Shown: positions 1-10,095 of the stretch, piece by piece
How the letters are laid out: each line of letters starts with the position of its first letter
Numbering within the stretch: the first letter of the stretch is position 1
From: Calditrichia bacterium
Lineage (GTDB): Bacteria > Calditrichota > Calditrichia > RBG-13-44-9 > J075
Assembly: GCA_050633245.1 (NCBI GenBank)
Contig: JBOEGD010000011.1
Span: 528,852 to 592,851 of the forward strand
DNA: 64,000 nt
Reading direction: 5' to 3'
Position numbers and translations under genes: made by a program
The notes under the pieces: generated by a model
Database searches by the model: none
The model's input: the letters and a program-made list of their open reading frames with translations, nothing else
Told to the model about the DNA's origin: nothing

Positions 1-14
1 ATTTTAGCGCTGCG

Positions 15-497
15 GTGCAACCTACATTTATTACACAGACTGAGACCTCCTCCAGTCGTCCCGGTGAGTTAACAGAAGAGGAGCAGCAAAAAGTTGCGGA
101 GATGAAGAAGCGTGATCAGGAAGTGCGCGCACACGAGCAGGCTCATCTTGCTGCTGCCGGAAGTCTTGCAATGGGTGGAGCCACCTACGAATATGAGGTT
201 GGTCCGGATGGCAGACGCTACGCAGTTGCGGGATCTGTTGCGATTGATACGGAAAAGGTTCCGGGTGACCCGAAGGCAACTTTGGAAAAAGCCAAACGGA
301 TTCAACGAGCTGCGCTTGCTCCACAGGATCCATCCCCACAGGATCGCAAAGTTGCAGCTGAAGCAAAGCAAATGGAGATGGAAGCACAGCAACAAATAAA
401 CGCCGAGAATCAAAAGAGCCTTACCAGCGCATACAATCAATCTGGTGAAGCAACCGAGTTAAATCCCGTTCTCTCAACCTTCGCAATGACCGTTTAA
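15..497 (+). CDS. SprA-related family protein (putative metalloprotease); 5' end probably lies before the window
   Basis: RDQEVRAHEQAH (HExxH), YEYEVGPDGRRYAVAG and AALAPQDPSPQD motifs typical of the SprA-related family. Confidence 0.8.
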   Translation: MQPTFITQTETSSSRPGELTEEEQQKVAEMKKRDQEVRAHEQAHLAAAGSLAMGGATYEYEVGPDGRRYAVAGSVAIDTEKVPGDPKATLEKAKRIQRAALAPQDPSPQDRKVAAEAKQMEMEAQQQINAENQKSLTSAYNQSGEATELNPVLSTFAMTV

Positions 498-2131
498 CGG
501 ATTAGCAGCATTTTGCTACTTTTGCTACTGGTATGTGATTCACCGTTCAGGGTCAGCCGGTAAAAATAGAGGCCTGAGCTAACCGGCAATCCAGCGTCTG
601 ATAATCCATTCCACTGTGCAGTGTATTCACCTGCGACCTGTTCACTATTTAAGAGCAACCTCACTCTCTCACCCAACGTATTTTGCACCTCCAACGTCAC
701 CAGTCCTTGTCGCAGCAATTCGTAGCGAATAGTTGTTGTCGGGTTAAATGGATTGGGGTAATTTTGCAATAGTTCAAATCCGCTTATTTCTTGCTGATCA
801 ACATGGTTAATGCCAGTGATCGGGACTTCAAACGAATTACTTATCCCTGTTCCGCTATTTTGCAAGCCTGCAAGATCGGCAACTGTTGCAATCGTGGCTT
901 TAACGACATTTGTCATAAACCTTAAGTCCAGCGTCGCGATGGAATCTCCGGGTTGATGATAATTTGGGTTTCGAAATTCCGAGCCATCCGTCAGCATCAG
1001 CGCTTTATAGCCAGCGTCCCAAAACTGCGCGTGGTCACTGCGTCGCAGATCCGGTGCAATTTGTCCATTACCCGGAACCGCCAGAGAAATGACGCGTAAT
1101 TCGGGTACATACTCTGCTGCCAGACTATCAAATGCGAAGCGCAAAGAGTTAGAAGCTTCGTTTGCAACATTGGTAATGAAGTCGCCTCTAAAATCATTTG
1201 CAGCAACGCTATCCGCCGCCGCCGGGAAAAGAATATCGAAGCCATTTGGCAATGACTGACATCCGGGTATATCGCAATAAAAGCCAATCATTTCAAAATT
1301 GAATACGCCGGCCGTCTCCTCATAAGACGGGATACCGTTTGCCACATAATTCCCTGCACCTATCAGCCCGGCTTCTTCCAGATCAAATCCGATAAAGCGA
1401 ATGCTTCTCCGAAAAGAATAAGCGCTTAAAATACGTGCAGCTTCCAACACACCGGCAACACCGGACGCATTATCGTCTGCGCCAGGGGTGTTCGTTTGAG
1501 AATCAAAGTGTGCATCAATAATAAAAGTGGTCGCTTCATCGGGCCGCCCCGGAAGGCGTCCAATGATGTTGGCAGCCTGATAACTTCCGAGCTGCCACTC
1601 CTGACGATACGACTGCAATCCAACCGCACTAAAGCGATTTTCAAGCGTGTCTTTTACCGCTTCCAAATGGACAGGACCTGCAGTGCGGTGACGTGTTTTG
1701 GCAAGGAACGTTAAATCGTTACGCAATCGCATACTATCCACTTGCGATACAATGTTCTGGATGTCCACTGGCTTGCGGTCATCAGCGATGACCTTAGCCA
1801 CCAGACTTTGTTGATTCAGATTGAATGTCGATTGTTCATAATGCCAAAGAATCGTTTTTCCCGATCCAGCGAAAACCGGGAAACCAGCATCACCGCTAAG
1901 TGAGTCCGGGTTTAATAGATAGGTTTCACCATTATCGCTTGAAAGACGTAGGCTTACTTCCATCGAATCGGATTCTACGTCCTGTAAATCAAATGTAAAA
2001 CTAACGATGGATTGAAGGGTGTCTACAACGGCGGAAACGCCGCTTACAGTTGGTGGCTGACTTTGAGCAAAGAGAGATTGGGTGGTCGCTAATAAGACGG
2101 CGACGCAAAACAAAAACGTTTTTTTGCGCAT
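494..2131 (-). CDS. Secreted M28 family metallopeptidase with FlgD-Ig/T9SS type A C-terminal domain
   Basis: Signal peptide; AHFDS, GADDNASG, EEAGL, RSDH, YH motifs; C-terminal QNYPNPFNPTT...SGLYFYRL. Confidence 0.88.
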   Translation of the reverse strand: MRKKTFLFCVAVLLATTQSLFAQSQPPTVSGVSAVVDTLQSIVSFTFDLQDVESDSMEVSLRLSSDNGETYLLNPDSLSGDAGFPVFAGSGKTILWHYEQSTFNLNQQSLVAKVIADDRKPVDIQNIVSQVDSMRLRNDLTFLAKTRHRTAGPVHLEAVKDTLENRFSAVGLQSYRQEWQLGSYQAANIIGRLPGRPDEATTFIIDAHFDSQTNTPGADDNASGVAGVLEAARILSAYSFRRSIRFIGFDLEEAGLIGAGNYVANGIPSYEETAGVFNFEMIGFYCDIPGCQSLPNGFDILFPAAADSVAANDFRGDFITNVANEASNSLRFAFDSLAAEYVPELRVISLAVPGNGQIAPDLRRSDHAQFWDAGYKALMLTDGSEFRNPNYHQPGDSIATLDLRFMTNVVKATIATVADLAGLQNSGTGISNSFEVPITGINHVDQQEISGFELLQNYPNPFNPTTTIRYELLRQGLVTLEVQNTLGERVRLLLNSEQVAGEYTAQWNGLSDAGLPVSSGLYFYRLTLNGESHTSSKSSKMLLIR

Positions 2132-2245
2132 AACAAGTCCTTGAGTGGGGTGAGTAACGCAAAATACGCGACTCAGAGGTCATTGTCAAGACGCTCCAAC
2201 GATCCAGATATATGATCTTATTCTTCAAACGCTTGTCGCAACGAT

Positions 2246-2938
2246 TTATCTACTATTAAAATACTGCTCAACGCCGTCATCTACGGGAAATAAAAAACCG
2301 GTTTCCCAAGCTAAATAAACCAGGATCATGCTAATACAAGCTAGCGGAATAATGATCGAAAAGAGAGTCTTTAGAATCCCCATCTTACCGGCAAAATGAA
2401 AGCTGCCCTGTCGATTGACATCCAAAGAGGCAGGTAGGTTGTCCAGCGCCAGAGCATACTGCGTATCGCGCGGATCGTACACAATCGGTTCCTCTGCATC
2501 ATCTTCCAGTTTCTCTGCGAGATGTGTTCGTTCTAGAATCTGATGCGTCATGCTGTCCGCTTCATACTCTATTGTATAGGCAAAGACAGTGCGATTGTTG
2601 ATACGAGTGTTCGTCGCTTCTTTCTTAGTGATTTTTCCGAAAGTCAGTTCACCATTTTTAAGCAGGTAAAGGGCGTGAAGTCCTTTATTAAGTCCCTGCC
2701 GTAAAAAGTAGACTCCAATGAAGAGAAATATCAGCGGAATTCCTGAGATAAGGAGACGCTCAAGTCGACCAACGGGTTCCTCCATTACAACCTGGGAGAA
2801 GATTCCAACACCAAGAAATCCTACCGTTGTAAATATCCAGCCGAATTGATTATTAAATCCACCAAACAACATCGTCAGTTTCACAGCAAGTGATGTCTGG
2901 CGCGGTGGTAATGCGAGATCTTTCCTGAAGTTTCGCAT
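2246..2938 (-). CDS. Membrane protein, DUF3592-like
   Basis: Two N-terminal TM helices, a beta-rich periplasmic segment ending IVYDP, and a C-terminal TM. Confidence 0.6.
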   Translation of the reverse strand: MRNFRKDLALPPRQTSLAVKLTMLFGGFNNQFGWIFTTVGFLGVGIFSQVVMEEPVGRLERLLISGIPLIFLFIGVYFLRQGLNKGLHALYLLKNGELTFGKITKKEATNTRINNRTVFAYTIEYEADSMTHQILERTHLAEKLEDDAEEPIVYDPRDTQYALALDNLPASLDVNRQGSFHFAGKMGILKTLFSIIIPLACISMILVYLAWETGFLFPVDDGVEQYFNSR

Positions 2939-2943
2939 AGACG

Positions 2944-4485
2944 CTACCCTTCATACATTTTTTTGTCGATTTGCATCATCTGCTGATCCATATAGCACCA
3001 TAACCAGGTTTCGTTTGGTTCAAAGGATTGCACAACCGCATGCTTCGTTCCATGATAATGTTTCGTCGCATGTTTATTTTTAGACGAATCGCAGCAGCCA
3101 ACATGTCCACACTCCACACAAATTCGCAGATGTACCCAGCGATCGCCGCTTTGCAGGCACTCCTCGCAACCACTGGTTTGCGGCGTTACCATTTTCAAAC
3201 TCTGCATATGTCGACAGGGTTCTTGCACATCTTCCTCCTTTGAAAAACTCAATAGTTTGAATGAGAGAAAAAAGACCCCGGAAAATATGACAGCCGAGAT
3301 CAAAAATGTCACTTCACCAGCATATTCATAGAGGATTCCGCCGATCAGCAAACCAATGATACTAGCCATACTTCCACAACTGCTGGCAACACCTTGAACG
3401 GCCCCCTGATTTCTGGAGCTCGAAGCGTTTGAGAGAAGTGCCAAAATTGATGGCCACATAATCCCATTGCCCAGCGCAAAAAATACGGCCGCAATATACA
3501 CAGCGGTATCTGAAGAAAAATAATAAAGTAGAAAACACCATATTAGAAGAAAGCTACCGGCAATTGCCAACGTAGCTTCAGCGAACTTACCGGAAAGGAA
3601 TCTCAGCACAGGCCCCTGAACAACGACCATAAGGATTCCGAGGAAGGAAAAGAATGTCCCAGTGTCGGTTAGCTGCCAATTCAATCCGCGAATAGCATGC
3701 ACAGGAAAGGTCACATAGAACAGATTAAAGCCCAGGAACACCAAAAAATAAAGCGTGAGCATTAATGGCACGTGCTTTATCTTCAAAACGCCACTAAAAG
3801 TCAATTTCTCTTCACAGTCAATTTCATAGCAATCTTTCAGCTCTTGACCTAAAATACGTCTGACGCTGTCACCTTCTGCCTCTATTGCAACGACAGGTTC
3901 AGGTTTCGATTCTGGAAGCAAAAGCGCAATAATGAATACCGCAGCTACAGAAATACCGATGGTGGCAAGAATCGGTAGTTTTTCAGCATATTGCGTCGCT
4001 CCCAGTAATCCGGCTATCGCAGGTCCAAAGATGAAGCCAAGGTTTGCAGCAACAGCCATCCGGCCAAAGTTTTCACTACGATGATCAGCATCTGTAATAT
4101 CGCTGAGATAGGCGTAAGCAACAGAAACATTTCCACCGGTAATACCATCCAACGCACGGGCAAAGAACAACGCGATCAATGGCAAGGTCAACGTAAACGT
4201 GCCAATTAAGTCAGAGCTGACATTCGTAATTGTTTGAACCGGCAGAAACATTGCTCCAAGAAAAATAAGCCATGACAGCAAGGTACCTAACTGACTAAGC
4301 AACAAAATTTTTCGACGTCCATGGGTATCAGACCAGCGGCCCAGAATCGGTGCGCCAATCAGCTGAAATGCAGAATATGTCGCGCCAAGTATGCCATAGA
4401 CTACGGCATTTCCGCCGAACCCGGTGACCAAAAAGATCAGGAATGGCAGAACGATACTGAAACCGAGCGAGCCGACAAAATTCAC
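2944..4485 (-). CDS. MFS transporter (TetA/DHA1-like) fused to a C-terminal UBP-type zinc finger
   Basis: Motif A GRWSDTHGRRKILL and ARALDGITGGN; C-terminal CEEC...HLRICVECGHVGCCDSSKNKHATKH...WLWCY. Confidence 0.88.
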   Translation of the reverse strand: MNFVGSLGFSIVLPFLIFLVTGFGGNAVVYGILGATYSAFQLIGAPILGRWSDTHGRRKILLLSQLGTLLSWLIFLGAMFLPVQTITNVSSDLIGTFTLTLPLIALFFARALDGITGGNVSVAYAYLSDITDADHRSENFGRMAVAANLGFIFGPAIAGLLGATQYAEKLPILATIGISVAAVFIIALLLPESKPEPVVAIEAEGDSVRRILGQELKDCYEIDCEEKLTFSGVLKIKHVPLMLTLYFLVFLGFNLFYVTFPVHAIRGLNWQLTDTGTFFSFLGILMVVVQGPVLRFLSGKFAEATLAIAGSFLLIWCFLLYYFSSDTAVYIAAVFFALGNGIMWPSILALLSNASSSRNQGAVQGVASSCGSMASIIGLLIGGILYEYAGEVTFLISAVIFSGVFFLSFKLLSFSKEEDVQEPCRHMQSLKMVTPQTSGCEECLQSGDRWVHLRICVECGHVGCCDSSKNKHATKHYHGTKHAVVQSFEPNETWLWCYMDQQMMQIDKKMYEG

Positions 4486-4561
4486 GGCAAGAATTGGCAG
4501 CAGCGAAGGTTTTTCGTTTGTTTTAATATCTAATGGTAAAGATGCCAGAATGCCCGCCTTA

Positions 4562-5323
4562 TTAAGTTACCAGAGTTTCCATTACCCATAAGATAATTCC
4601 GGCTACCCCCTGCAACAAAAGCAATGCAAAAGCAACAGAGGCGATCAGCTTCATTAGTGTCTTTGGGTAGGGTTTTGGAAAAAAGTGATATGCTCCCCAC
4701 AGTGTCAAAAAGCTGAGAATACCTACGACCACCAGGCCCTCGACAATCAAATCATCATTCATTAAAGGCGAGGTTGTGCTGAACAAGCTTATGAACAGCT
4801 TTAAAACAATTACGTATAAAATCATTTTGGACGTTATATACATCAGAAAACAATAGGCTTCGGTGGTATTATAATTCTGCTTTCGAAACAAGAATCCAAG
4901 CATTGCTGCAATTGGCAATAGCAACAAGCTCAATACAATCCCATACTGAAGGGTTTGTGAGAGACTTCCAATCCAGGTGTCGGCACTAGCTCGAACCGGG
5001 GTTACAGCCGGTTCTCCCAGCACAAAAGCCGATGCAATATTCAGTGCAATACTAAAAAGGAAAAAACGAAATGGATTCCAATATCCGGCACGCTTGCCAT
5101 TCTTATAGTCAAGAACAAACTGACCCGGATTTTTTATAAGCGCCATCGTCGTTCTAATCACTGAGTAATCGAGCCCTGCAACATCACGAGCCACACCACT
5201 AACCAAGCTCTTTAGGCTCAGTCTGCCAGTCCCGGCCTTTTGGCCGCAAGAGCCACAAAAGGAACCGCCTAAAATCGAGCTACAATTCAAACACTTTACT
5301 GGTTCCGTCACTTCTTTACCCAT
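4562..5323 (-). CDS. DUF3667 domain membrane protein
   Basis: N-terminal CLNC...FCGSCGQK zinc ribbon, then PG..Y..GKR..Y.NPFRFFL and several TM helices. Confidence 0.8.
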   Translation of the reverse strand: MGKEVTEPVKCLNCSSILGGSFCGSCGQKAGTGRLSLKSLVSGVARDVAGLDYSVIRTTMALIKNPGQFVLDYKNGKRAGYWNPFRFFLFSIALNIASAFVLGEPAVTPVRASADTWIGSLSQTLQYGIVLSLLLLPIAAMLGFLFRKQNYNTTEAYCFLMYITSKMILYVIVLKLFISLFSTTSPLMNDDLIVEGLVVVGILSFLTLWGAYHFFPKPYPKTLMKLIASVAFALLLLQGVAGIILWVMETLVT

Positions 5324-7986
5324 ATTGCCAAACTGCGTTTGTCCACTTTAATGGAATACTTGCGCTTACCCGTTAATTTTTGGGGCAATGTGCTACTCTT
5401 AACGCCCTTCTGATGGTTCACGGCTTCATTTGTCGCAACCAAGCGCCAGTTTCCCACCGGAATTTCCAGACGTTTAAACTCGAACGGTTTATCCCCGGCA
5501 TTCATTAATACGAGAACTGAGTTATTTACGATATAACCCAGCAAGCTTTCTTCCGGTGGCGAGATAAAGTGATAATATCCCTGAGGTAATTTCTCTGCCT
5601 GGCGAAAAACCTGTCCGTATTTGCTCATGCGCAATTCATTCATTCCCTTCCAAAAAGCAAACATGTTTTTGTAATCATTCTTATTGGCCCCATCCGGACT
5701 TGCCCCGACGGTTTCCCAAAGAAATTGATTTGCAAAACGATGATTATAGGTATCACGCTTTCCATGCAGATATACTTTAATTCCGGCATTGGTCGTTTTT
5801 ACAACCTCTTTCAACGGAGCGGCAGCCTTACTTCGCATGATCTCGGAACCGCCGTGGGTAACAATGGGCCCGGCTGTTGTATAAAGGAGTGTAACCGCCA
5901 GCTTGTAAGCATCCTGATCTACCTCAAGACGACCGTCGAAGTCCTTTGACCCAAACTGATCGGCCAGAGCAAAATTGTCGTGAATATCGAGATAGCTTAT
6001 GCCACTGAGTGGAGTTTTGTCATCGAGGAAACTGTTTTCCAAACCGAGCATCACATTTGCGCGCTCCGAGAAATTACCCCCTGCCCAGCCACGATCTTTC
6101 TTTTTGTCATTCAATTCGAAGACCGGCCCTTTGTAAGCATTGCGCGATTCGTCCTGAAAGAACGTAATCGGAGAGTCTTCCTTATACCAATCCCAATCCG
6201 GATTTGCCTCATATTCCGGATCGTTGGAAGCAATCCAGGGCTCTCCGTAGACAATCTTATCATGTCCAATCTCTTTGCGCAGTGCTATAAGCGTTTGTTC
6301 ATCAATTTGACCGGCGAGGTCAATACGAAAACCATCGATACCAAATTCTTCTATGAAGTGCTTACACTGGTCTATCAGCCAGCGCTGCACCATTGGGCGA
6401 TTCTCCGTCTTCACCTCATTACCATAAGCACCAATATGCTGAAAGTCTTTGGTGCGATAGTAATATTGCTTGTCGATGCCGTTAAAATTGAAATACCACT
6501 CATTGCCGTCCATGTTCTCGGCGGTATGGTTTGGCACAATATCGATAATCACGGCAATTCCTTTGTTGTGAAATGCCTGAACCAGATCGCGAAACTCATT
6601 GCGTTCTGCGCCCGGCTCTTTTCCTTTGGTCCTGAACTTGGACTCTACAGCAAAACAGTGGGACGTCCGGTATCCCCACTGATAATTCTCTTCGCTGATT
6701 CCCTGGCTAATCATGTACGGATCGTTTTCGAAGGATTCCTTCCAATCATCATCCTTGTGGTGTAAATATTCCTGAACCGGAAGCAGATGCAACGTATTGA
6801 TACCAAGATCAACCAGATAATCGAAGCCGATCTTTTCGCCACGAGAGTTCTTCAACCCCGGAATCGTCATAGCCTTCATGGTTCCCTGCAAAGACTCGTC
6901 CACAGGTAGCTGGTCGGTAAAGTCCTGAACATGAACCTCATAGGCAATAACATCCTCTAAAGCGGGAATACCATTTTTTAGTGGTGATGCAGGCTTGGTG
7001 GCTTCCCATATCCGTGCTTTTCCCCATGTATTGTCGCTAACACGTGCATAGGGATCGGTAACATGAACGGCATTGGTCTCATAAAAATGATTGCCGGGGT
7101 CGGTTGCGCCATGAATTGTAAAATCGTAATAAACACCCTGTAGGCTTTTGTCAAAAAAGGCCTCCCAAACGCCATCATCATCTGTCTTCATCTCAATGGT
7201 TCGATAAGCATTTTCATCATTCTTTCCCTTGTAGAGATAGAGCTTTACCATTTCTGCACGTGGGGCAAATAGTCTGACAGTAGTTTCCTCTCCATGAATG
7301 TTTGCACCTAGTTCTTTTGTAGAGTGCAGTTCGCGAAACCAGCCATCAAATGAGCAATTTGTTTTCAGCTTGCTCTCCGGAATCTCAAGAAAGTAGACGC
7401 GACGTATATCCAGATCTTCAGCTGGGGTTATCAGCGTTTCTGTTGCCGTATTTGGCAGCACCCCGGCGATTGGTATAATCTTGCCATTGGCATCAGTCAG
7501 GCGATACTTTTTTGAGTCCAGTGGTCGATCTCCGGCTATCTCAGCCCAAATAGCTCGTGGACCACGCATTTCAGCTTTTAACGTCTGTAAAACGGCCTCC
7601 TTCATAAAGACCAGATTACCGCCTTGCTCATTTGTCGCACCAGCTGGCGGGCTAAGCCACTGACCATCGTTAATGCGAAATTTGAATTCATTGCGTAAAT
7701 AAACGGTGCCGTAATCCTTATTGGGTACCGTTAGCGTCCACACGTTTCCAGATGGCATTAGTGCCCAGGTCTCATCATCCATACGCTGATCCCAATTGCG
7801 GAAGCTTCCGGTTACGGTTACCTTCTGGGCTTTAACACCATATAATAGCGGGTCAAATATAAACGTTACAGCATCATCCGTTGCCTGATAGCCTTGTAGG
7901 CGCTCGGTGGCTGTCCATGACTGTGAGAGAAGCGGGAATGCAATGAAAGAGGAAAGACAAAGAAGAAACACGTATCGTGTCAGCAT
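5308..7986 (-). CDS. Secreted GH13 type I pullulanase-like glycoside hydrolase with CBM48-like domains
   Basis: Signal peptide; YEVHVQDFT, YQWGY, DIVPNHT, DGFRIDLAG (nucleophile), YGEPW (acid/base), IHDN. Confidence 0.88.
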   Translation of the reverse strand: MLTRYVFLLCLSSFIAFPLLSQSWTATERLQGYQATDDAVTFIFDPLLYGVKAQKVTVTGSFRNWDQRMDDETWALMPSGNVWTLTVPNKDYGTVYLRNEFKFRINDGQWLSPPAGATNEQGGNLVFMKEAVLQTLKAEMRGPRAIWAEIAGDRPLDSKKYRLTDANGKIIPIAGVLPNTATETLITPAEDLDIRRVYFLEIPESKLKTNCSFDGWFRELHSTKELGANIHGEETTVRLFAPRAEMVKLYLYKGKNDENAYRTIEMKTDDDGVWEAFFDKSLQGVYYDFTIHGATDPGNHFYETNAVHVTDPYARVSDNTWGKARIWEATKPASPLKNGIPALEDVIAYEVHVQDFTDQLPVDESLQGTMKAMTIPGLKNSRGEKIGFDYLVDLGINTLHLLPVQEYLHHKDDDWKESFENDPYMISQGISEENYQWGYRTSHCFAVESKFRTKGKEPGAERNEFRDLVQAFHNKGIAVIIDIVPNHTAENMDGNEWYFNFNGIDKQYYYRTKDFQHIGAYGNEVKTENRPMVQRWLIDQCKHFIEEFGIDGFRIDLAGQIDEQTLIALRKEIGHDKIVYGEPWIASNDPEYEANPDWDWYKEDSPITFFQDESRNAYKGPVFELNDKKKDRGWAGGNFSERANVMLGLENSFLDDKTPLSGISYLDIHDNFALADQFGSKDFDGRLEVDQDAYKLAVTLLYTTAGPIVTHGGSEIMRSKAAAPLKEVVKTTNAGIKVYLHGKRDTYNHRFANQFLWETVGASPDGANKNDYKNMFAFWKGMNELRMSKYGQVFRQAEKLPQGYYHFISPPEESLLGYIVNNSVLVLMNAGDKPFEFKRLEIPVGNWRLVATNEAVNHQKGVKSSTLPQKLTGKRKYSIKVDKRSLAIWVKK

Positions 7987-8113
7987 AGCGGAATCCTTCT
8001 ATCAGAGGTTGCAAATAATAGATTGAAGTGGATTTAGGGTCGACACATAATAATACGACCTAAAAAACTATACAAGAAGGAAATTTGCCAAAAATGGCAA
8101 AGTGGTGTATTGC

Positions 8114-8386
8114 TCAGGCGTTTCTTGAAATGCCAGACGCCGCCTGGGCTGAGGTTATTACCGGAACGACTTCAAACGAAACCAGATCCTCCCAGTTTGC
8201 AATCCACTCATGCAGAAGGCTTTCATCTGCGCACTCCATTACCTGGTAACACTTCGACAGGTCTTTGGTAACCCAGCTGTTCACGTAGTTTAGGCCATCT
8301 GGTGCAAGCCGCCCTCTCTCACGAAAGCGACGATAAACCGGAACGGCATTACCACCCCGAAAGTGTTCAATTATCATATAAAGCAT
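8114..8386 (-). CDS. DUF3303 family protein
   Basis: YRRFRERGR..PDGL.YV.SWV...CYQVME...W...WEDLV.FEVVPV signature. Confidence 0.8.
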   Translation of the reverse strand: MLYMIIEHFRGGNAVPVYRRFRERGRLAPDGLNYVNSWVTKDLSKCYQVMECADESLLHEWIANWEDLVSFEVVPVITSAQAASGISRNA

Positions 8387-8403
8387 TTGGCCTCTTATCT
8401 GTA

Positions 8404-9303
8404 TTATAATGCGATAGGCTGCGTGGAAATAATCATATTACGCGCATAAATATAAGCAGGAGGCAATCCGGACGCCCAATTGCCATGCGTACGCGAAGTA
8501 GAGTGAAGCCATGCCCCGGCCGTTTTGAAACCATAGTTTGCATTCCAGTCAGGCACGTCAAACTCAACAATTTTATACACCGCTTCTTCATCAAAACGCC
8601 GCGCCCAGATGTGCAGCTTTTTTCCGGCAAAGTCGAAATGATACGTCAGGCGAATCCAAACGCCCGGTGCCCAACGGAAACAGGTTCCATGTGGTGCGTT
8701 TTCATTCCAAATACAACTGGTATCGCCGCCGGGCTGTTCATCATATCCATCAGGTGTTTGAACACGCACCTCACCATCAGGAATCGGACAACCATCACGA
8801 TGATAGACGTGTGGCGCCTCGTCGAAACCTACGTTCATGGTAAGGCGTCGCTCATCGGTGCACTCTTGCTTACTATCATCTTCCCAGCGCCACAACTTCA
8901 TACCATAGTCATCATACGGACCGGTAAACAGCACCGGGTCGAGCATAATCTCGTGCTGCGTATACACTGAGCCTGTCGTAAAAGGAAATTCGTAGCGCAA
9001 TTGCGTCAGTGGTTCATCATCGAGAATCGGCAATTTCGCTGCATCAGTAGACGAATCGTATTGAGGATATGCCGGATCTCCGGGGTCATTACTACCGTGC
9101 GCATCCCTGTCGATATCAGATTGTGAACGCCAGCTGACGCTGCCGACAACGCCCGACTTTTGTCGCTCGGCTTCAAAATGGGCATTGCCTTCACCAGGCC
9201 CTAAGCCAATCTTGGGACCATCATCATCACCATCTCCACCTGAGCTACTGCTACAGGCTACCAACCCAACAAGAATAAACACAACATATATTAAGCGCAT
9301 CAT
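8404..9303 (-). CDS. Hypothetical lipoprotein, possibly beta-jelly-roll (polysaccharide lyase/LamG-like) fold
   Basis: Start moved to ATG 9303 (GGAG RBS); lipobox LVAC; Trp/Asp-rich beta-strand pattern; the fold call is inference. Confidence 0.55.
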   Translation of the reverse strand: MMRLIYVVFILVGLVACSSSSGGDGDDDGPKIGLGPGEGNAHFEAERQKSGVVGSVSWRSQSDIDRDAHGSNDPGDPAYPQYDSSTDAAKLPILDDEPLTQLRYEFPFTTGSVYTQHEIMLDPVLFTGPYDDYGMKLWRWEDDSKQECTDERRLTMNVGFDEAPHVYHRDGCPIPDGEVRVQTPDGYDEQPGGDTSCIWNENAPHGTCFRWAPGVWIRLTYHFDFAGKKLHIWARRFDEEAVYKIVEFDVPDWNANYGFKTAGAWLHSTSRTHGNWASGLPPAYIYARNMIISTQPIAL

Positions 9304-9453
9304 AGCTTCTCCAGAATGTATACAAGTAGATTCGACTGAAAAGGTATCAGTTTTAGGATAAGATGAATTGATAGGGCGCAAGCTGTTCATGAATTAAATT
9401 TGGTAAAGGTTCTGCAATATACATGGCTTGGAGGTGAAAATATGGAGAGCGGT

Positions 9454-9481
9454 GAACGATGAACGAAAAACGACGAACGAA
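9454..9481 (+). repeat. Degenerate heptamer tandem repeat (GAACGAN-type x4)
   Basis: GAACGAT GAACGAA AAACGAC GAACGAA in the intergenic region. Confidence 0.55.
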
Positions 9482-9504
9482 TATGCTATCAATCTAATTA
9501 AGGC

Positions 9505-10089
9505 TCAGGCCGCGAATTCGATTTCCGGAATAATTGCAAGAATGCGGCAGTCGACATCAAAGGTAACGCTTTGGTGGACGCTGCCCGGCTCAGCTACAAG
9601 ATAGTCACCCTGTTGCAGATATTGATTGTTAAGCGTGCAGGTGCCGTACAAAACAAAGACTTCCTCTCGTCCCTTATGCACGTGCTGAGGAAGCGTACTG
9701 CCGGCACGAAAATCGAGCAAAACGGTGCGTGTCTTTTGAATCCGGTTCTCACTAAGTACTCGCATTCGGATTCCCGGAAAAACGGGTTGCCAGTCTTCCT
9801 CGGTTCCCGGTCGATGATGAAACGACTCCTTTAACTTCTCAGCTGCCAATTCAGCTTCTATTTTTGCCATCAGGGAAAGCTTAATAGACGGAGGCGGCAC
9901 CTGGGGTGACACAAACTCCCCGAGGAGACCGATCAACTCCTCATAGTCTTCCAGAAGCAGCAGTTCATTTGGGTTCAGCTTATTCAAGGCACTCTTCAAT
10001 TCATCTTCTTCGGAAGAATCGAGAGAACGCATCGCGTATGCGGCAAGCATATCGCGAATTTCATCAAGTGAAAGGTTCTTACGCTTCAT
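9505..10089 (-). CDS. Anti-sigma factor with ChrR-like cupin domain
   Basis: N-terminal AAYAMRSL...PPPSIKLSLM anti-sigma region; cupin motif GSTLPQHVHKGREEVFVLYG; directly downstream of an ECF sigma gene. Confidence 0.8.
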   Translation of the reverse strand: MKRKNLSLDEIRDMLAAYAMRSLDSSEEDELKSALNKLNPNELLLLEDYEELIGLLGEFVSPQVPPPSIKLSLMAKIEAELAAEKLKESFHHRPGTEEDWQPVFPGIRMRVLSENRIQKTRTVLLDFRAGSTLPQHVHKGREEVFVLYGTCTLNNQYLQQGDYLVAEPGSVHQSVTFDVDCRILAIIPEIEFAA

Positions 10090-10095
10090 AGAGGT

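Noticed and set aside
5980-6765. 261-aa antisense ORF (and many similar shadow ORFs)
   Set aside because: Lies opposite a well-supported gene, here the pullulanase; no independent coding signal
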